64,000 nt of DNA from a virus, in the IMG/VR virus record IMGVR_UViG_3300021963_000113, positions 3,835 through 67,834 of that record. The stretch is one strand, 5' to 3'. Both the position numbers and the translations under genes were made by a program. Position 1 is the stretch's first letter, and each line of letters opens with the position of its first letter. This document shows positions 45,474-55,046 of this stretch, one piece after another. The notes under the pieces were generated by a model. That model saw nothing but the letters and a program-made list of their open reading frames with translations, did no database searches and was not told the DNA's origin.

Positions 45474-47837
45474 ATGGCCATTTTAAAATCAGTCATCAAT
45501 GTAAATAATGGTAACACTGGTTGGACAAAAGCAAATGTATTAGATGCATTAGAAACTGCTTTTGCTAACTTAGGGTTTCATGGAGGCACTCCTATAACTG
45601 GATCGCCAGTAGCATTGCTATCCCCAGTAACACAATCATCAAATATAGGAGATAACAGTTGGATTAATGTCGGGGGAGTGCAACCTGGAAGAAGATATAA
45701 TAACTCAAGATATTTTTATGTAACATCAGTAGGAACTAGTGCATATAGTATTTTAGAAGAATGGAGATTTACTAGTGGATCTGTAAACACAAATGACAAC
45801 ACTATTCAATTAGTTCCTGGTGCAAATTATTTACCACATGTTGTGCAAACTGGAGATGCACTTCGTTATGCTCCAGGAGAAACTAATACTAACTTAAATA
45901 TTGGTGGTGGTATCAACATCAATACAGTATACTATGCTATTCGTGTAAATGAGTTTACTATAAAATTAGCAGCAACCGCAAATGATGCTACAAATAATGT
46001 ACCTATTGATATTACTTCAGCGCCAGCTGGCACTTTAATTCTTAGAAGAGAAGCAAGTGCCACTTGGGAAAATCCAACTATCAATATTGATTTAGGAGAT
46101 ACCGTATATTTCACTGTAAATGATACAACAAGTGGTGGAGATTTTTATCTAATTGATACAAGAGTAAATTCATATTCTACTGAAAGAATTTTAAATACGT
46201 CCAACTTCGATTCTGTTAGTTATAGACTATTCCCATCTGGAATGGGCATAAGAGATGCTAATGGTGTTCAATCAATTACATGGGAAGCAAGAGGTTGGCA
46301 ACAATCGGAAACAGAAAACGGTAGTCCAGAAGACATTTTACCTGAAGCTGGTTTTGGTGGCACATTCTCTTATGGGTATGCCAACAGCGCAAATGCTTCC
46401 ATGAAAGGAACTATCAATCTAGTTACTAGATATTCTACATGGAATGATTATACACCATTCTATCCATACTACAAATACACAGTGCCAGCGAGCGGTGGAA
46501 GATCAGAATTAAAACTAAGAATCTATCGCTTTCCAAGACAAAATACCAATGCTAATCAAATCGCAGGTGTATCCATTCATAGCATAGGAAGTGGGTGGTC
46601 CAACAATGAAGTATTTACTATTCCTGGATCAGCAACTGGTGGTGATGCAGTTAATGTAACTAATGATATTAAATTTGGTGTTAATGCAGCTGAAACTAAT
46701 AGCAATGCAAATGATGGCGTTGCAAGTTTGAAAGTAACAAATTATGGTGCAGGAAATTCATTCTGGCAAAAGAATCCTAATGGATATTTTGCCGTACTTA
46801 AGAATGTAAATGATGCTGGTAAAACTTTCGGCACCACATACTACACTTTCGGAATGGCATCTGGAAATAGTTACAGAATGTATACGCAATCTGGATGTGT
46901 CTGGGGCTCTTTAAATAGACTAGGAACTAACTCTGGCAATCCAGATGGAGCTTATGAGTATGGTTACTTTGGTGGTAATCCTGGTTTAGATTATCAATCA
47001 GGTTACAACTATATCGCAAACAGTGATAATAGTTTCAGTTATGTTGATTATGCATCAACTGCTACACCAACTGCATACCCCCTTTCAATTAGGACATACA
47101 GAGCACAATCACCACAAGACAACAGTTACGCTATCATACAGTTTACACAAACAATTAATGGAGTTGTAGTTCCTTTTGCTACATTTAGTATTAATAGAGG
47201 AATTAATTATGGTAGCGGAGTATGGGATACAAATCACGTATGGAATGGAGGACTAACATACTATTCTACCTCAACCAGAGGAGTAGATATTAGATATACT
47301 TCTCCTGGATATTCAAACGGTAGCGTTCAACCACAAGATGAGCCAGCAGATGCTCAATCATTAGCAAGAATGGCGGAGTATGGTTACCTAAGAAATCCTG
47401 GAAGTTGGACATCCAGAGAATCTAGAACAATGTATACATGCAATATTGATACAGATTCCGACACATACAACTACTCCCATGCAATAACTTACTACAGAAA
47501 TTCAACTTTTGATTCTGAACCAAGGACAGAAAGTATCTGTTTTGCTGATAGAAACAGAAACGTATCTTCATCTGCTAATTATTATAAACCAATCAAAGGT
47601 ATTCCTTTAGCAAATAACTTAATACCATGTCCATATTATATTCCAGATGATTTTGTAATGCTACAAGTCGCAACATCACCTGGACTTACTGAGTTTAGAG
47701 TTGGCGACACAGTAACAGTAAGTCAATCTGAAGTGTATGAAATTATTATGGCTTCATATCAAACAAACCAAAATGGATTGGATAATATCAGTAATAATTC
47801 TTCGATAGGAATGCTATTCTGCGCTAGAGTAACCTAA
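45474..47837 (+). CDS. Putative fibre-associated structural protein (787 aa)
   Basis: G/N/S/T/Y-rich; YYAIRV...IKLA repeat type; lies in the late cassette. Confidence 0.65.
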   Translation: MAILKSVINVNNGNTGWTKANVLDALETAFANLGFHGGTPITGSPVALLSPVTQSSNIGDNSWINVGGVQPGRRYNNSRYFYVTSVGTSAYSILEEWRFTSGSVNTNDNTIQLVPGANYLPHVVQTGDALRYAPGETNTNLNIGGGININTVYYAIRVNEFTIKLAATANDATNNVPIDITSAPAGTLILRREASATWENPTINIDLGDTVYFTVNDTTSGGDFYLIDTRVNSYSTERILNTSNFDSVSYRLFPSGMGIRDANGVQSITWEARGWQQSETENGSPEDILPEAGFGGTFSYGYANSANASMKGTINLVTRYSTWNDYTPFYPYYKYTVPASGGRSELKLRIYRFPRQNTNANQIAGVSIHSIGSGWSNNEVFTIPGSATGGDAVNVTNDIKFGVNAAETNSNANDGVASLKVTNYGAGNSFWQKNPNGYFAVLKNVNDAGKTFGTTYYTFGMASGNSYRMYTQSGCVWGSLNRLGTNSGNPDGAYEYGYFGGNPGLDYQSGYNYIANSDNSFSYVDYASTATPTAYPLSIRTYRAQSPQDNSYAIIQFTQTINGVVVPFATFSINRGINYGSGVWDTNHVWNGGLTYYSTSTRGVDIRYTSPGYSNGSVQPQDEPADAQSLARMAEYGYLRNPGSWTSRESRTMYTCNIDTDSDTYNYSHAITYYRNSTFDSEPRTESICFADRNRNVSSSANYYKPIKGIPLANNLIPCPYYIPDDFVMLQVATSPGLTEFRVGDTVTVSQSEVYEIIMASYQTNQNGLDNISNNSSIGMLFCARVT

Positions 47838-48100
47838 TGGCAAACATCAATCTATCTGGATTACAACCAACAACTGCAGTTTCAACAAGAAATAATACAC
47901 TTCATTTCAGACAAACTGCAGTTGGATTTTTACAACTAGTATTTTCTTCTTTAGTAAGATCACCAGTTGCTCCAAGAAACTTCAATATTAATAATTTAGA
48001 TTCTCCCACCTCAGGAGAAAAAAGAGCTGAAAGAGGATTCTTATTTGGCAGAAGACCTTCTAGAGGTCTTCTTTTTCCAAGAGGTTATTATAACAAATAA
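47837..48100 (+). CDS. Small basic hypothetical protein
   Basis: Translationally coupled (TAATG); G.L.GRRP..G..FPRG.YN tail. Confidence 0.65.
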   Translation: MANINLSGLQPTTAVSTRNNTLHFRQTAVGFLQLVFSSLVRSPVAPRNFNINNLDSPTSGEKRAERGFLFGRRPSRGLLFPRGYYNK

Positions 48101-48143
48101 ACTAAATATACTAAGAGAAGTATTATCATCCTAGAGGAATAAG

Positions 48144-49988
48144 ATGTCGATTAAAAAAATTCCTATTGCTATTGGAATTAAACCAAATCAGGTAGCAACA
48201 TTTACCAACAAAACTCTTGATGGCACCCAGAATATATTTCAGAATATTCCAACAGGTGCTCTGCAGTTTAATACCATTACAATTAATGGAAGCACTATTC
48301 CTCTTGGCGGTTCTATCAACATTCAAGCTCAAGGTGGAGCTCCAATTGTTGATACCAACACTACTTATAGCATTAAAGCATCCACTGTTACTAGTGGAGC
48401 ACGTTTAGATTTAGATGCTGGTGGTAGTGGAGCAGGCACAGATTCAGTTAACTTCATTGGTGCTGGTAATGTAACTGTGTCTAGAATAGATGACAATACT
48501 ATTAGAATTAGTGACGCTGGAACACTTGGCGGAGTTGCGTTAACTGCAGATAACACTGCAACACTAACAAATAAAACTATCAGTGGAAACACTAATATAT
48601 TATCAAATATTCCAAACACCGCATTAAATAATTCATCCATTACAATTAATGGAGAATCAGTTCCTCTTGGTGGAAGCATCACTATTGCAGGTGGTGGAGG
48701 AGGTGGTTCAGGAGATGTAACTCTTGCAGGAATTCAAACTCTCTTCAATAAAACAATTTCTGGCATATACAATAGTTTTGATAATATTCCAAATAGTGCT
48801 TTATTAAATCCTTTTATTAGAATTAATGGTAATGTAGTTAATTTAGGATCTAATTTTACCGTAACGGGTTTAGGTGATGTAACAACCACGGGAGTCCAAG
48901 ATTTATCAAATAAATCTTTAGCAGCTCCAATTATTCAAGATGCAAAATTAACTGGTACACTCAGAATTGGAACAGTAGGGGGAGGAAACCCTGGGGTAAA
49001 CGGCCAAGTATTAAAATCTACTGGCACTGGAGTTGCTTGGGTTGATGAAAATCGCACTACTGCATCAACACTAGTTGTGGGGTCTGGTCTCACTGGAACA
49101 GGAGGCACTGAGTTTGACGGATCTAATGGCATTACTATTTCTGTCAACACTGGTATTGTTGCTACATTAACTGGCACCCAAACATTAACAAACAAAACTT
49201 TAACAGCACCTAATCTAACAGGCGATTTAAAAATTAATAATGTTTCTGGCACCGCTGGACAAACCATTGTTTCTGATGGCGCAGGTGGTCTCACATGGGG
49301 TGCTGGTGGAGGTGGAGGAAGCGGAAGCTTCAATGGACCAGGATCAGCAGTTGATAATGCTATTGTTAGATTCGATGGAACCACTGGTGCATTAGCACAA
49401 AACTCTTTAGTCACCATCTCAGATACTGGTGTGATTACAGCACCATCTGTAGGAAGCGTAATTCCTTTTTATCATTCAAGTCCATTAGCATTCCCATCTG
49501 CTTCAACATACAACGGAGCAGTAGCAGTTGCAGCAAGTGATAACACTATTCACTTTGCAAGTGGTGGTAACTGGATTCAACTTGCTAAATCCACTGAAGT
49601 TGCAGTTTCTAGTAGACAAACTTTCTCAACTACGACATCAGCATTAGCAAATAATGCACCTGCATACCCAGATATTACTAATGCATACAAGTCTTATCTA
49701 CTATTCAAAATTCAAACTGATAGAGCAGCATGGGTAAGAGTTTACACATCTGTTGCTGCAAGAACTGCAGATTCAACAAGAAGTATTGATGTTGATCCAT
49801 TGCCAGGTAGCGGTGTTATCGCAGAAGTCATTACTACAGGTGCTTCTACTCAAGTATTAACACCAGCGGTAATCGGTTTTAATGACCAAGCATCTCCAGT
49901 TAATACAATTTATCTTGCTGTGACAAATAGAAGTGGCGTAACTGCCGCAGTAACCGTAACATTAACCGCCCTCAAGCTAGAAGCATGA
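48144..49988 (+). CDS. Tail fibre-like protein (614 aa), paralog of 42207-45470
   Basis: Same repeats, and the shared C-terminal AWVRVY..R.ADSTRS..VDP.PGSG.IAEV domain. Confidence 0.75.
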   Translation: MSIKKIPIAIGIKPNQVATFTNKTLDGTQNIFQNIPTGALQFNTITINGSTIPLGGSINIQAQGGAPIVDTNTTYSIKASTVTSGARLDLDAGGSGAGTDSVNFIGAGNVTVSRIDDNTIRISDAGTLGGVALTADNTATLTNKTISGNTNILSNIPNTALNNSSITINGESVPLGGSITIAGGGGGGSGDVTLAGIQTLFNKTISGIYNSFDNIPNSALLNPFIRINGNVVNLGSNFTVTGLGDVTTTGVQDLSNKSLAAPIIQDAKLTGTLRIGTVGGGNPGVNGQVLKSTGTGVAWVDENRTTASTLVVGSGLTGTGGTEFDGSNGITISVNTGIVATLTGTQTLTNKTLTAPNLTGDLKINNVSGTAGQTIVSDGAGGLTWGAGGGGGSGSFNGPGSAVDNAIVRFDGTTGALAQNSLVTISDTGVITAPSVGSVIPFYHSSPLAFPSASTYNGAVAVAASDNTIHFASGGNWIQLAKSTEVAVSSRQTFSTTTSALANNAPAYPDITNAYKSYLLFKIQTDRAAWVRVYTSVAARTADSTRSIDVDPLPGSGVIAEVITTGASTQVLTPAVIGFNDQASPVNTIYLAVTNRSGVTAAVTVTLTALKLEA

Positions 49989-51724
49989 TGGAAAGAGAAT
50001 ACATCGTAACAGCTAAAACAAAAGAAGATTTAGAAAGTTTATATAATGACTTAGAAACTATCGGTGGTTGTGATTGCATTCCAGATAGAGAAGTTGAGTG
50101 TGTCCATAGAAGGCCAATTAGTAGAAATACACATTATTATTTGACTGATGAAGAAGCAGAGTTAATTAAAAAAGACCCTAGAGTTTTAGACGTTGCTTTA
50201 ACTCCAGAAGAAAGAGGCGCTACAATTACTCCACAATATACTTTATCTACTACTACATGGAACAAATCTAATACAAATAATGATGCTCATAGATCATGGG
50301 CAATGTATAGATGTGTAAATGGAGCGACAGTTGCAAACTGGGGAAGTGATAGCACAGCAAGTCAAAACGCTACAGTTTTATTTACAAGCACTGGAAAAAA
50401 CGTAGATGTTGTAGTTGTTGATGGTTGTTTCGACCCAGCACACCCAGAATTTGCAGTTAATGAAGCAGGCACTGGGGGGAGTAGAGTTAATCAATTCAAT
50501 TGGTTTTCTTTAAACCCAGAAGTAACAGGCGGGGCTGCTGGAACCTATCTATATACAAATGTCGGTGGTAACTATATCAATGGTACAGCAGGACAGCAAA
50601 GTGACAATAACCATGGTTGCCATGTCGCAGGGACAGTATCTGGTAATAGAAGAGGATGGGCAAGAGAAGCAAACATTTATAATATAAACCCATATGGTAG
50701 TGCTCCTTCTACTATTACATCAAGTTTGTTAATTGACTATATCAGAGCATGGCACAATAGTAAAGCAGTAAATACAACTACTGGTAGAAAGAATCCAACT
50801 ATAACCAATCACAGTTATGGTATCACATATAATGTCGCCATATCAAATATAGATTATGTGATATACAGAGGCACTCAATATAATAGTCCCACTGCTGCAC
50901 AATTAACTACATTTGGACTATTAAATAACGGCACAACTGTGCTAAACATTCCTTATGTATCAACCGCAGCAAATGTAGATATTCAAGATGCAATTGCAGA
51001 TGGAATTATTTTTGTCGCTGCAGCAGGCAATAGCTCTTTCAAAATAGATGTTGCTGGTGGTCAAGATTATGATAATCAAATAAAAGAAGTTGGATTTGCT
51101 GCAGATTATTATCATAGAGGTTCTTCACCTGGAGCATTGGATAATGTAATTTGTGTTGGTAACATCGATGCTACTGTAGTAGAACAAAAAGCAACTTCAA
51201 GTAATTGTGGTCCAAGAATTGATGTGTATGCTCCTGGCACTAATATCATATCATCTGTACATAGTAATGAAGCGGGTGTGTCAGATTCTAGAACTAATAC
51301 AATAGCAGCAGAAGTTATAAAATATAATGGCACCAGTATGGCATCGCCAAATGTTGCTGGTGTCGTTGCTTGCTTAGCAGAGCAGTGGCCAAGAATGACA
51401 CAGGCAGAAGTCAGAGCATATCTTGGTGCTAGCTCATGGGGACAAACTAATTTAGCAAAACTAAATCAAGTTAATGATAACAACAACACCAATAGACCTT
51501 TACAAGGAAGTCCTAATAGATACTTATTCTACCCAATGGTAAGAAGAGTGCCAAATCCATCTGGAACTACTTGGGTCGGAGGACAAACTACTTCACAAAT
51601 TTCATTTCCAAGAAACGATAATAAATTCAGACCAGTATTAAACACTGGCAACCCAGATTCTACTCTATATAATTCTAGTATGGTTTATCCACGACATCCA
51701 ATTTGGAATAGAAGTTTGACATAA
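49985..51724 (+). CDS. Subtilisin-like S8 serine protease with propeptide
   Basis: Catalytic triad motifs VVVVDG, HGCHVAG and GTSMASP; oxyanion motif AAGN. Confidence 0.92.
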   Translation: MMEREYIVTAKTKEDLESLYNDLETIGGCDCIPDREVECVHRRPISRNTHYYLTDEEAELIKKDPRVLDVALTPEERGATITPQYTLSTTTWNKSNTNNDAHRSWAMYRCVNGATVANWGSDSTASQNATVLFTSTGKNVDVVVVDGCFDPAHPEFAVNEAGTGGSRVNQFNWFSLNPEVTGGAAGTYLYTNVGGNYINGTAGQQSDNNHGCHVAGTVSGNRRGWAREANIYNINPYGSAPSTITSSLLIDYIRAWHNSKAVNTTTGRKNPTITNHSYGITYNVAISNIDYVIYRGTQYNSPTAAQLTTFGLLNNGTTVLNIPYVSTAANVDIQDAIADGIIFVAAAGNSSFKIDVAGGQDYDNQIKEVGFAADYYHRGSSPGALDNVICVGNIDATVVEQKATSSNCGPRIDVYAPGTNIISSVHSNEAGVSDSRTNTIAAEVIKYNGTSMASPNVAGVVACLAEQWPRMTQAEVRAYLGASSWGQTNLAKLNQVNDNNNTNRPLQGSPNRYLFYPMVRRVPNPSGTTWVGGQTTSQISFPRNDNKFRPVLNTGNPDSTLYNSSMVYPRHPIWNRSLT

Positions 51725-51751
51725 AAAAGGGGGGTCGAGAGACCCCCTTTA
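51723..51751. terminator. Terminator between convergent transcription units
   Basis: GGGGGTC-GAGA-GACCCCC flanked by A and T runs. Confidence 0.85.
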
Positions 51752-51756
51752 AAGTA

Positions 51757-51876
51757 TCACCACACACCAGGAATAATTTGACCAGTGGTGAGGTAAGTGC
51801 CAACAGCAATGACGAAACCGAGCATTGCCAGGCGAGCGTTGAGGATCTCTGCCTCAGGGGTGAATCCGAATTTCAT
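51757..51876 (-). CDS. hli: High-light-inducible protein (39 aa), not in the ORF track
   Basis: MKFGFTPEAEILNARLAMLGF..TGQIIPGVW. Confidence 0.93.
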   Translation of the reverse strand: MKFGFTPEAEILNARLAMLGFVIAVGTYLTTGQIIPGVW

Positions 51877-51886
51877 AGTTGTTTCC

Positions 51887-52180
51887 TCAGTTAAGGTTTT
51901 CTTCTTGTTCAGTAAGGATGACGCAATCGCTGGTGGGATATGCTACGCAAGTGAGCACCCAACCATCAGCAAGTTGGTCGTCATCAAGGAAAGATTGCTC
52001 TTCATTATCTACTGTACCGCTAATGAGTTTGCCAGCACAAGCAGAGCAAGCGCCAGCACGGCAACTGGAAGGTAAATCAATGCCAGCCTCTTCAGCTGCT
52101 TCAAGAATGTATTGATCTTCAGGACACTGAATAGTTGCCTCGGTGCCATCAGGTGAGCGGAGGGTAACGGAATAAGTCAT
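51887..52180 (-). CDS. petF: Plant-type [2Fe-2S] ferredoxin
   Basis: [23 protein letters not shown]. Confidence 0.98.
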   Translation of the reverse strand: MTYSVTLRSPDGTEATIQCPEDQYILEAAEEAGIDLPSSCRAGACSACAGKLISGTVDNEEQSFLDDDQLADGWVLTCVAYPTSDCVILTEQEENLN

Positions 52181-52266
52181 TAGTAAGTTTCACAAAGTTT
52201 TTCTACGGAATACGACAGCAACACGAGGAAGCTGACACTAGTGATTATAAAGGTAAATTCTGCCAT
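52180..52266 (-). CDS. 28-aa single-TM peptide between hli and petF
   Basis: [28 protein letters not shown]; TAATG-coupled to petF. Confidence 0.6.
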   Translation of the reverse strand: MAEFTFIITSVSFLVLLSYSVEKLCETY

Positions 52267-52279
52267 AGTCAATCAATTG

Positions 52280-52474
52280 TCAGAAGATGCCGAAGAAGAG
52301 CTTGCCAGTGACCATATAAGAAATAGCACCAGCAACAATGCCGACCATAGCCCAGCGTCCATTATACTTCTCCTTTACTTGGTTTGGGGTGTCCATACCA
52401 TAGTTTTCGTAATACATGGTAGGCTCTTTGGCAAACATATTCTGTTGACCAAACTCATTGGTTGTGACAGTCAT
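52280..52474 (-). CDS. hli: High-light-inducible protein
   Basis: NMFAKEP and EKYNGRWAMVG motifs. Confidence 0.93.
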   Translation of the reverse strand: MTVTTNEFGQQNMFAKEPTMYYENYGMDTPNQVKEKYNGRWAMVGIVAGAISYMVTGKLFFGIF

Positions 52475-52726
52475 GGGTTTTGTAACGAATCTTTACATAG
52501 TATATAGCATTGTAACGGGTTTGTCAAGCCCCCAGTCTGTCAGCAAACCCTGATAAGCATTTGCACCTACTAAATAGCTCGTTATACTACACATGTATGA
52601 GATATATCCATATCTGCTTACTACTTTGGAATGGCAGAACTGAATGGAGAACTATTCCATGGGGCAAAAAACACCTTGATTTTCATAGAAAACATGGTGA
52701 CATAATAATGTATAAAGAGTAATCTT

Positions 52727-52939
52727 ATGTATAACTTATCAAGCAAAGACGTTAATAGAATTATCACTGCTTGCAAACACTATGCTTACCATGAGACAGG
52801 CAGCGAATGGATGCATGATGAATATATTAATATCATCGAAAAACTTTGCACTTACTTAGAGCAAAACTTCGATGACGAAACTCCAAAGCCGTTGGAATGT
52901 TACATTCGTGTAAAGAAAGATGACTCATCTGATAGTTGA
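52727..52939 (+). CDS. Hypothetical protein
   Basis: First gene of an overlapping small-ORF array. Confidence 0.65.
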   Translation: MYNLSSKDVNRIITACKHYAYHETGSEWMHDEYINIIEKLCTYLEQNFDDETPKPLECYIRVKKDDSSDS

Positions 52940-53090
52940 AATCTTAAATAATCCCATCAGTTTAGGCATTCTATGCTTTGCCCTTGTTATGTTTCCTATT
53001 ATAGGTATCGCAAAAATCCATGAGTCACCGAATGAATCAACTCAACCCACAGAAACTGGTAACACAGAAAGAATGTCAGGAGATGATTGA
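52920..53090 (+). CDS. Single-TM microprotein
   Basis: MTHLIVEILNNPISLGILCFALVMFPIIGIAKIH.. Confidence 0.55.
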   Translation: MTHLIVEILNNPISLGILCFALVMFPIIGIAKIHESPNESTQPTETGNTERMSGDD

Positions 53091-53238
53091 TGCTGCTATA
53101 CGAAGGCACAATAGGAATGCTTCAATTATTTCTATGTGCGTTGGTTGGGTGGTTCTTGCTTTATTTGCTGAAGGATTGCTGAGATTGATAGGCGTTATTC
53201 CACCCGTACTACCATGGCTCAACATCACGTTGAAATAA
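53020..53238 (+). CDS. Small membrane protein
   Basis: ECQEMIDAAIRRHNRNASIIS followed by a TM segment. Confidence 0.7.
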   Translation: MSHRMNQLNPQKLVTQKECQEMIDAAIRRHNRNASIISMCVGWVVLALFAEGLLRLIGVIPPVLPWLNITLK

Positions 53239-53393
53239 TCGGTATCGTTTTCTTGTTAGTATTTGCTGCCACGATGTTTTATCAAGGCACCTGCATCATG
53301 AAAGGGCAGAGAGGATATTCTCTTAGAGATTATCTCAAGCAAGACAGCACGAATATGCGTAAAAGAATAGAAGAACTATTAAAAGACAAATGA
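53214..53393 (+). CDS. Single-TM microprotein
   Basis: MAQHHVEIIGIVFLLVFAATMFYQG..EELLKDK; ATGA overlap with the next ORF. Confidence 0.6.
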   Translation: MAQHHVEIIGIVFLLVFAATMFYQGTCIMKGQRGYSLRDYLKQDSTNMRKRIEELLKDK

Positions 53394-53518
53394 TAGTGTT
53401 AACCGAAGAGGATATAAAAGAACTTCAAGAAAGAGTTCTACAACAAAAGATGGATGAATTGTTTGAAGAGCCATCGACATACGAAGATGATGACTATGGA
53501 ATTGACAGAATTTATTGA
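53390..53518 (+). CDS. Acidic microprotein
   Basis: MIVLTEEDIKELQERVLQQKMDELFEEPSTYED.. Confidence 0.6.
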   Translation: MIVLTEEDIKELQERVLQQKMDELFEEPSTYEDDDYGIDRIY

Positions 53519-53609
53519 TTTTCTTGACAAACAAATTTTAATTTTTATAGTATTTGTTTGTGGTCTTATTGTTGGTTACATGTATGGTTTCCGAGACGGA
53601 GCAGGATAA
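53496..53609 (+). CDS. Single-TM microprotein
   Basis: MELTEFIDFLDKQILIFIVFVCGLIVGYMYGFRDGAG; TAATG overlap with the next ORF. Confidence 0.55.
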   Translation: MELTEFIDFLDKQILIFIVFVCGLIVGYMYGFRDGAG

Positions 53610-53734
53610 TGGGAGAGTTACCTTGGGGAGTTATTTCTATTCTTGGGGTTGGACTAGCAGGCACAGCGTATATCATTTATTACATACTTAAATTAGCAGC
53701 AGAGGAAATGAAAGATGACCAGCCTCATCATTAA
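53609..53734 (+). CDS. Single-TM microprotein
   Basis: MGELPWGVISILGVGLAGTAYIIYYILKLAAEEM.. Confidence 0.6.
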   Translation: MGELPWGVISILGVGLAGTAYIIYYILKLAAEEMKDDQPHH

Positions 53735-53807
53735 ATCAATGATACTTTTTACATCTATGGGGATGTTTATTTACTGGGGACTTAACAACGCTTATCCAAT
53801 CCATTGA
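53715..53807 (+). CDS. Single-TM microprotein
   Basis: MTSLIIKSMILFTSMGMFIYWGLNNAYPIH. Confidence 0.55.
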   Translation: MTSLIIKSMILFTSMGMFIYWGLNNAYPIH

Positions 53808-53832
53808 CAAATTTGAATATATATCTTATAAT
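53804..53832 (+). promoter_or_regulatory. Early promoter
   Basis: TTGACA-N17-TATAAT. Confidence 0.85.
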
Positions 53833-53855
53833 CAGCCACATATATCTGTTTCGTT

Positions 53856-54056
53856 ATGACACACTACAAACCATACTCACCAGAGTGGCATCGGAAACGC
53901 TACCTAAAAGAAGCGTTAGATAAGTATTTGGATGAATACATCGACAACGAAGTAATCCTTGATGATATTTCTGATATTCTAGCTGAAAGATCTGAGCGAG
54001 CATACGAAGAATTCAGTAGAATCAATGATTTGGAAGCAATGATTAATGCTAAATAA
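53856..54056 (+). CDS. Hypothetical protein
   Basis: YKPYS.EWHRKRYLKEALD; follows an early promoter. Confidence 0.7.
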   Translation: MTHYKPYSPEWHRKRYLKEALDKYLDEYIDNEVILDDISDILAERSERAYEEFSRINDLEAMINAK

Positions 54057-54075
54057 CCCTATATGGAGATTGCAT

Positions 54076-54396
54076 ATGCTCTCTACACAATATCGTCTTC
54101 GACTGGAAGGAATCTGTCAGAAAATTGCACAGCACGAAGAAGTATCTCTTGAAGACATGATTTGGGCAGAGAAACTTGCTAAAGCAAATAGAACGGCAGC
54201 AACCATTCTACGCCAAGCAAGAAGAACTGCAGAGAATCCCGACATGAAGGAGGGAGATATGGACGATTTTTTAAACCAACTTGACATCGGTGGTACAGGT
54301 CACGAGCGTTTTGGCAAACGTGGATTTGATAGCGTCGATGATATGGTTGATTGGTGGACTAAAGACAAACCTGATGACTGGAGGCAACGTGACTGA
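54076..54396 (+). CDS. Cyanophage hypothetical protein
   Basis: Start trimmed to MLSTQYRLRLE after GGAG; ends PDDWRQRD. Confidence 0.75.
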   Translation: MLSTQYRLRLEGICQKIAQHEEVSLEDMIWAEKLAKANRTAATILRQARRTAENPDMKEGDMDDFLNQLDIGGTGHERFGKRGFDSVDDMVDWWTKDKPDDWRQRD

Positions 54397-54565
54397 AGAA
54401 TCTCAAAAAGACAAATGGAATAGAGGTCTAGATTTATTCATTGAGAGTGTGCATAAACCAGACAATGAGCTTAGGCAATGTGCCCATGATCAAAAGTGTT
54501 ATCATGAATTAATGTGGGTGAGAGAAAATGTTTTAGAGTATCTCGCCACTCTACGACACCATTAA
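54389..54565 (+). CDS. Hypothetical protein
   Basis: GTG start after GGAGG; KWNRGLDLFIESV.KPD..LR.CAH.QKCY. Confidence 0.65.
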   Translation: MTEESQKDKWNRGLDLFIESVHKPDNELRQCAHDQKCYHELMWVRENVLEYLATLRHH

Positions 54566-54588
54566 AAAAGGGGGCAATTGCCCCCTTT
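54564..54588. terminator. Terminator between convergent transcription units
   Basis: AAAAAAGGGGGC-AATT-GCCCCCTTT. Confidence 0.85.
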
Positions 54589-54592
54589 CATT

Positions 54593-54679
54593 TTATCCAA
54601 GAGTCGCCATATGATATTGCGCTTCCTGTAGTTTCTTTTGTTTTTGAATTTGTTTACGGATAACATTCAACCAATTCAT
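54593..54679 (-). CDS. 28-aa basic peptide coupled to the DUF4278-like gene
   Basis: MNWLNVIRKQIQKQKKLQEAQYHMATLG; ATGA overlap. Confidence 0.6.
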   Translation of the reverse strand: MNWLNVIRKQIQKQKKLQEAQYHMATLG

Positions 54680-54840
54680 TTTGCTTCCTCCCAATTCCAG
54701 TTATTACATGGACGGTAGGCAACACCACGATACTTATTTTGTGGATGTGCTGGTGCATGAGTTTCTGAATACCAGTGCTGATATTCTTGCTTAGGGGTGT
54801 CAGTATTATACTTGCACCCACGATAGGTTGCTTGTGACAT
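54676..54840 (-). CDS. DUF4278-like protein (54 aa)
   Basis: Two YRG motifs (TYRGCKY, KYRGVAY), an AAGGAG RBS, and position downstream of glutamine aptamers. Confidence 0.8.
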   Translation of the reverse strand: MSQATYRGCKYNTDTPKQEYQHWYSETHAPAHPQNKYRGVAYRPCNNWNWEEAK

Positions 54841-54871
54841 TAGGTGTCTCCTTAAGTGTTAGTTTAAAGAG

Positions 54872-55043
54872 CGTTCCTTCAGTCGGCTTTTGCGTCTATG
54901 TTACACTTCTTTGGCGTTACAATTTTTAATTCATAAAGCAAATCATTTTTTAACTGAGGCGTCATTTGAGGATGAGAAGAAACTCTTCCCCAAATTAATT
55001 GTGCCTGTAAACAAGTTAAAACGAGTGCTTCCATAGATGAACG
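54872..55043 (-). ncRNA. Glutamine riboswitch-like (glnA-motif-like) aptamer 2 with a 131-nt P2 loop
   Basis: CGTTCA-TCTATG[131 nt]CATAGA-CGCAAAAGCCGACTGAAGGAACG. Confidence 0.65.
54879..55034 (-). CDS. 51-aa ORF nested inside aptamer 2
   Basis: MEALVLTCLQAQLIWGRVSSHPQMTPQLKNDLLYELKIVTPKKCNIDAKAD. Confidence 0.6.
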   Translation of the reverse strand: MEALVLTCLQAQLIWGRVSSHPQMTPQLKNDLLYELKIVTPKKCNIDAKAD

Positions 55044-55046
55044 TCC

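Noticed and set aside
42207-49988. Diversity-generating retroelement or invertible segment acting on the fibre paralogs
   Set aside because: No reverse transcriptase or invertase is visible, and the shared domains differ at many non-adenine positions.
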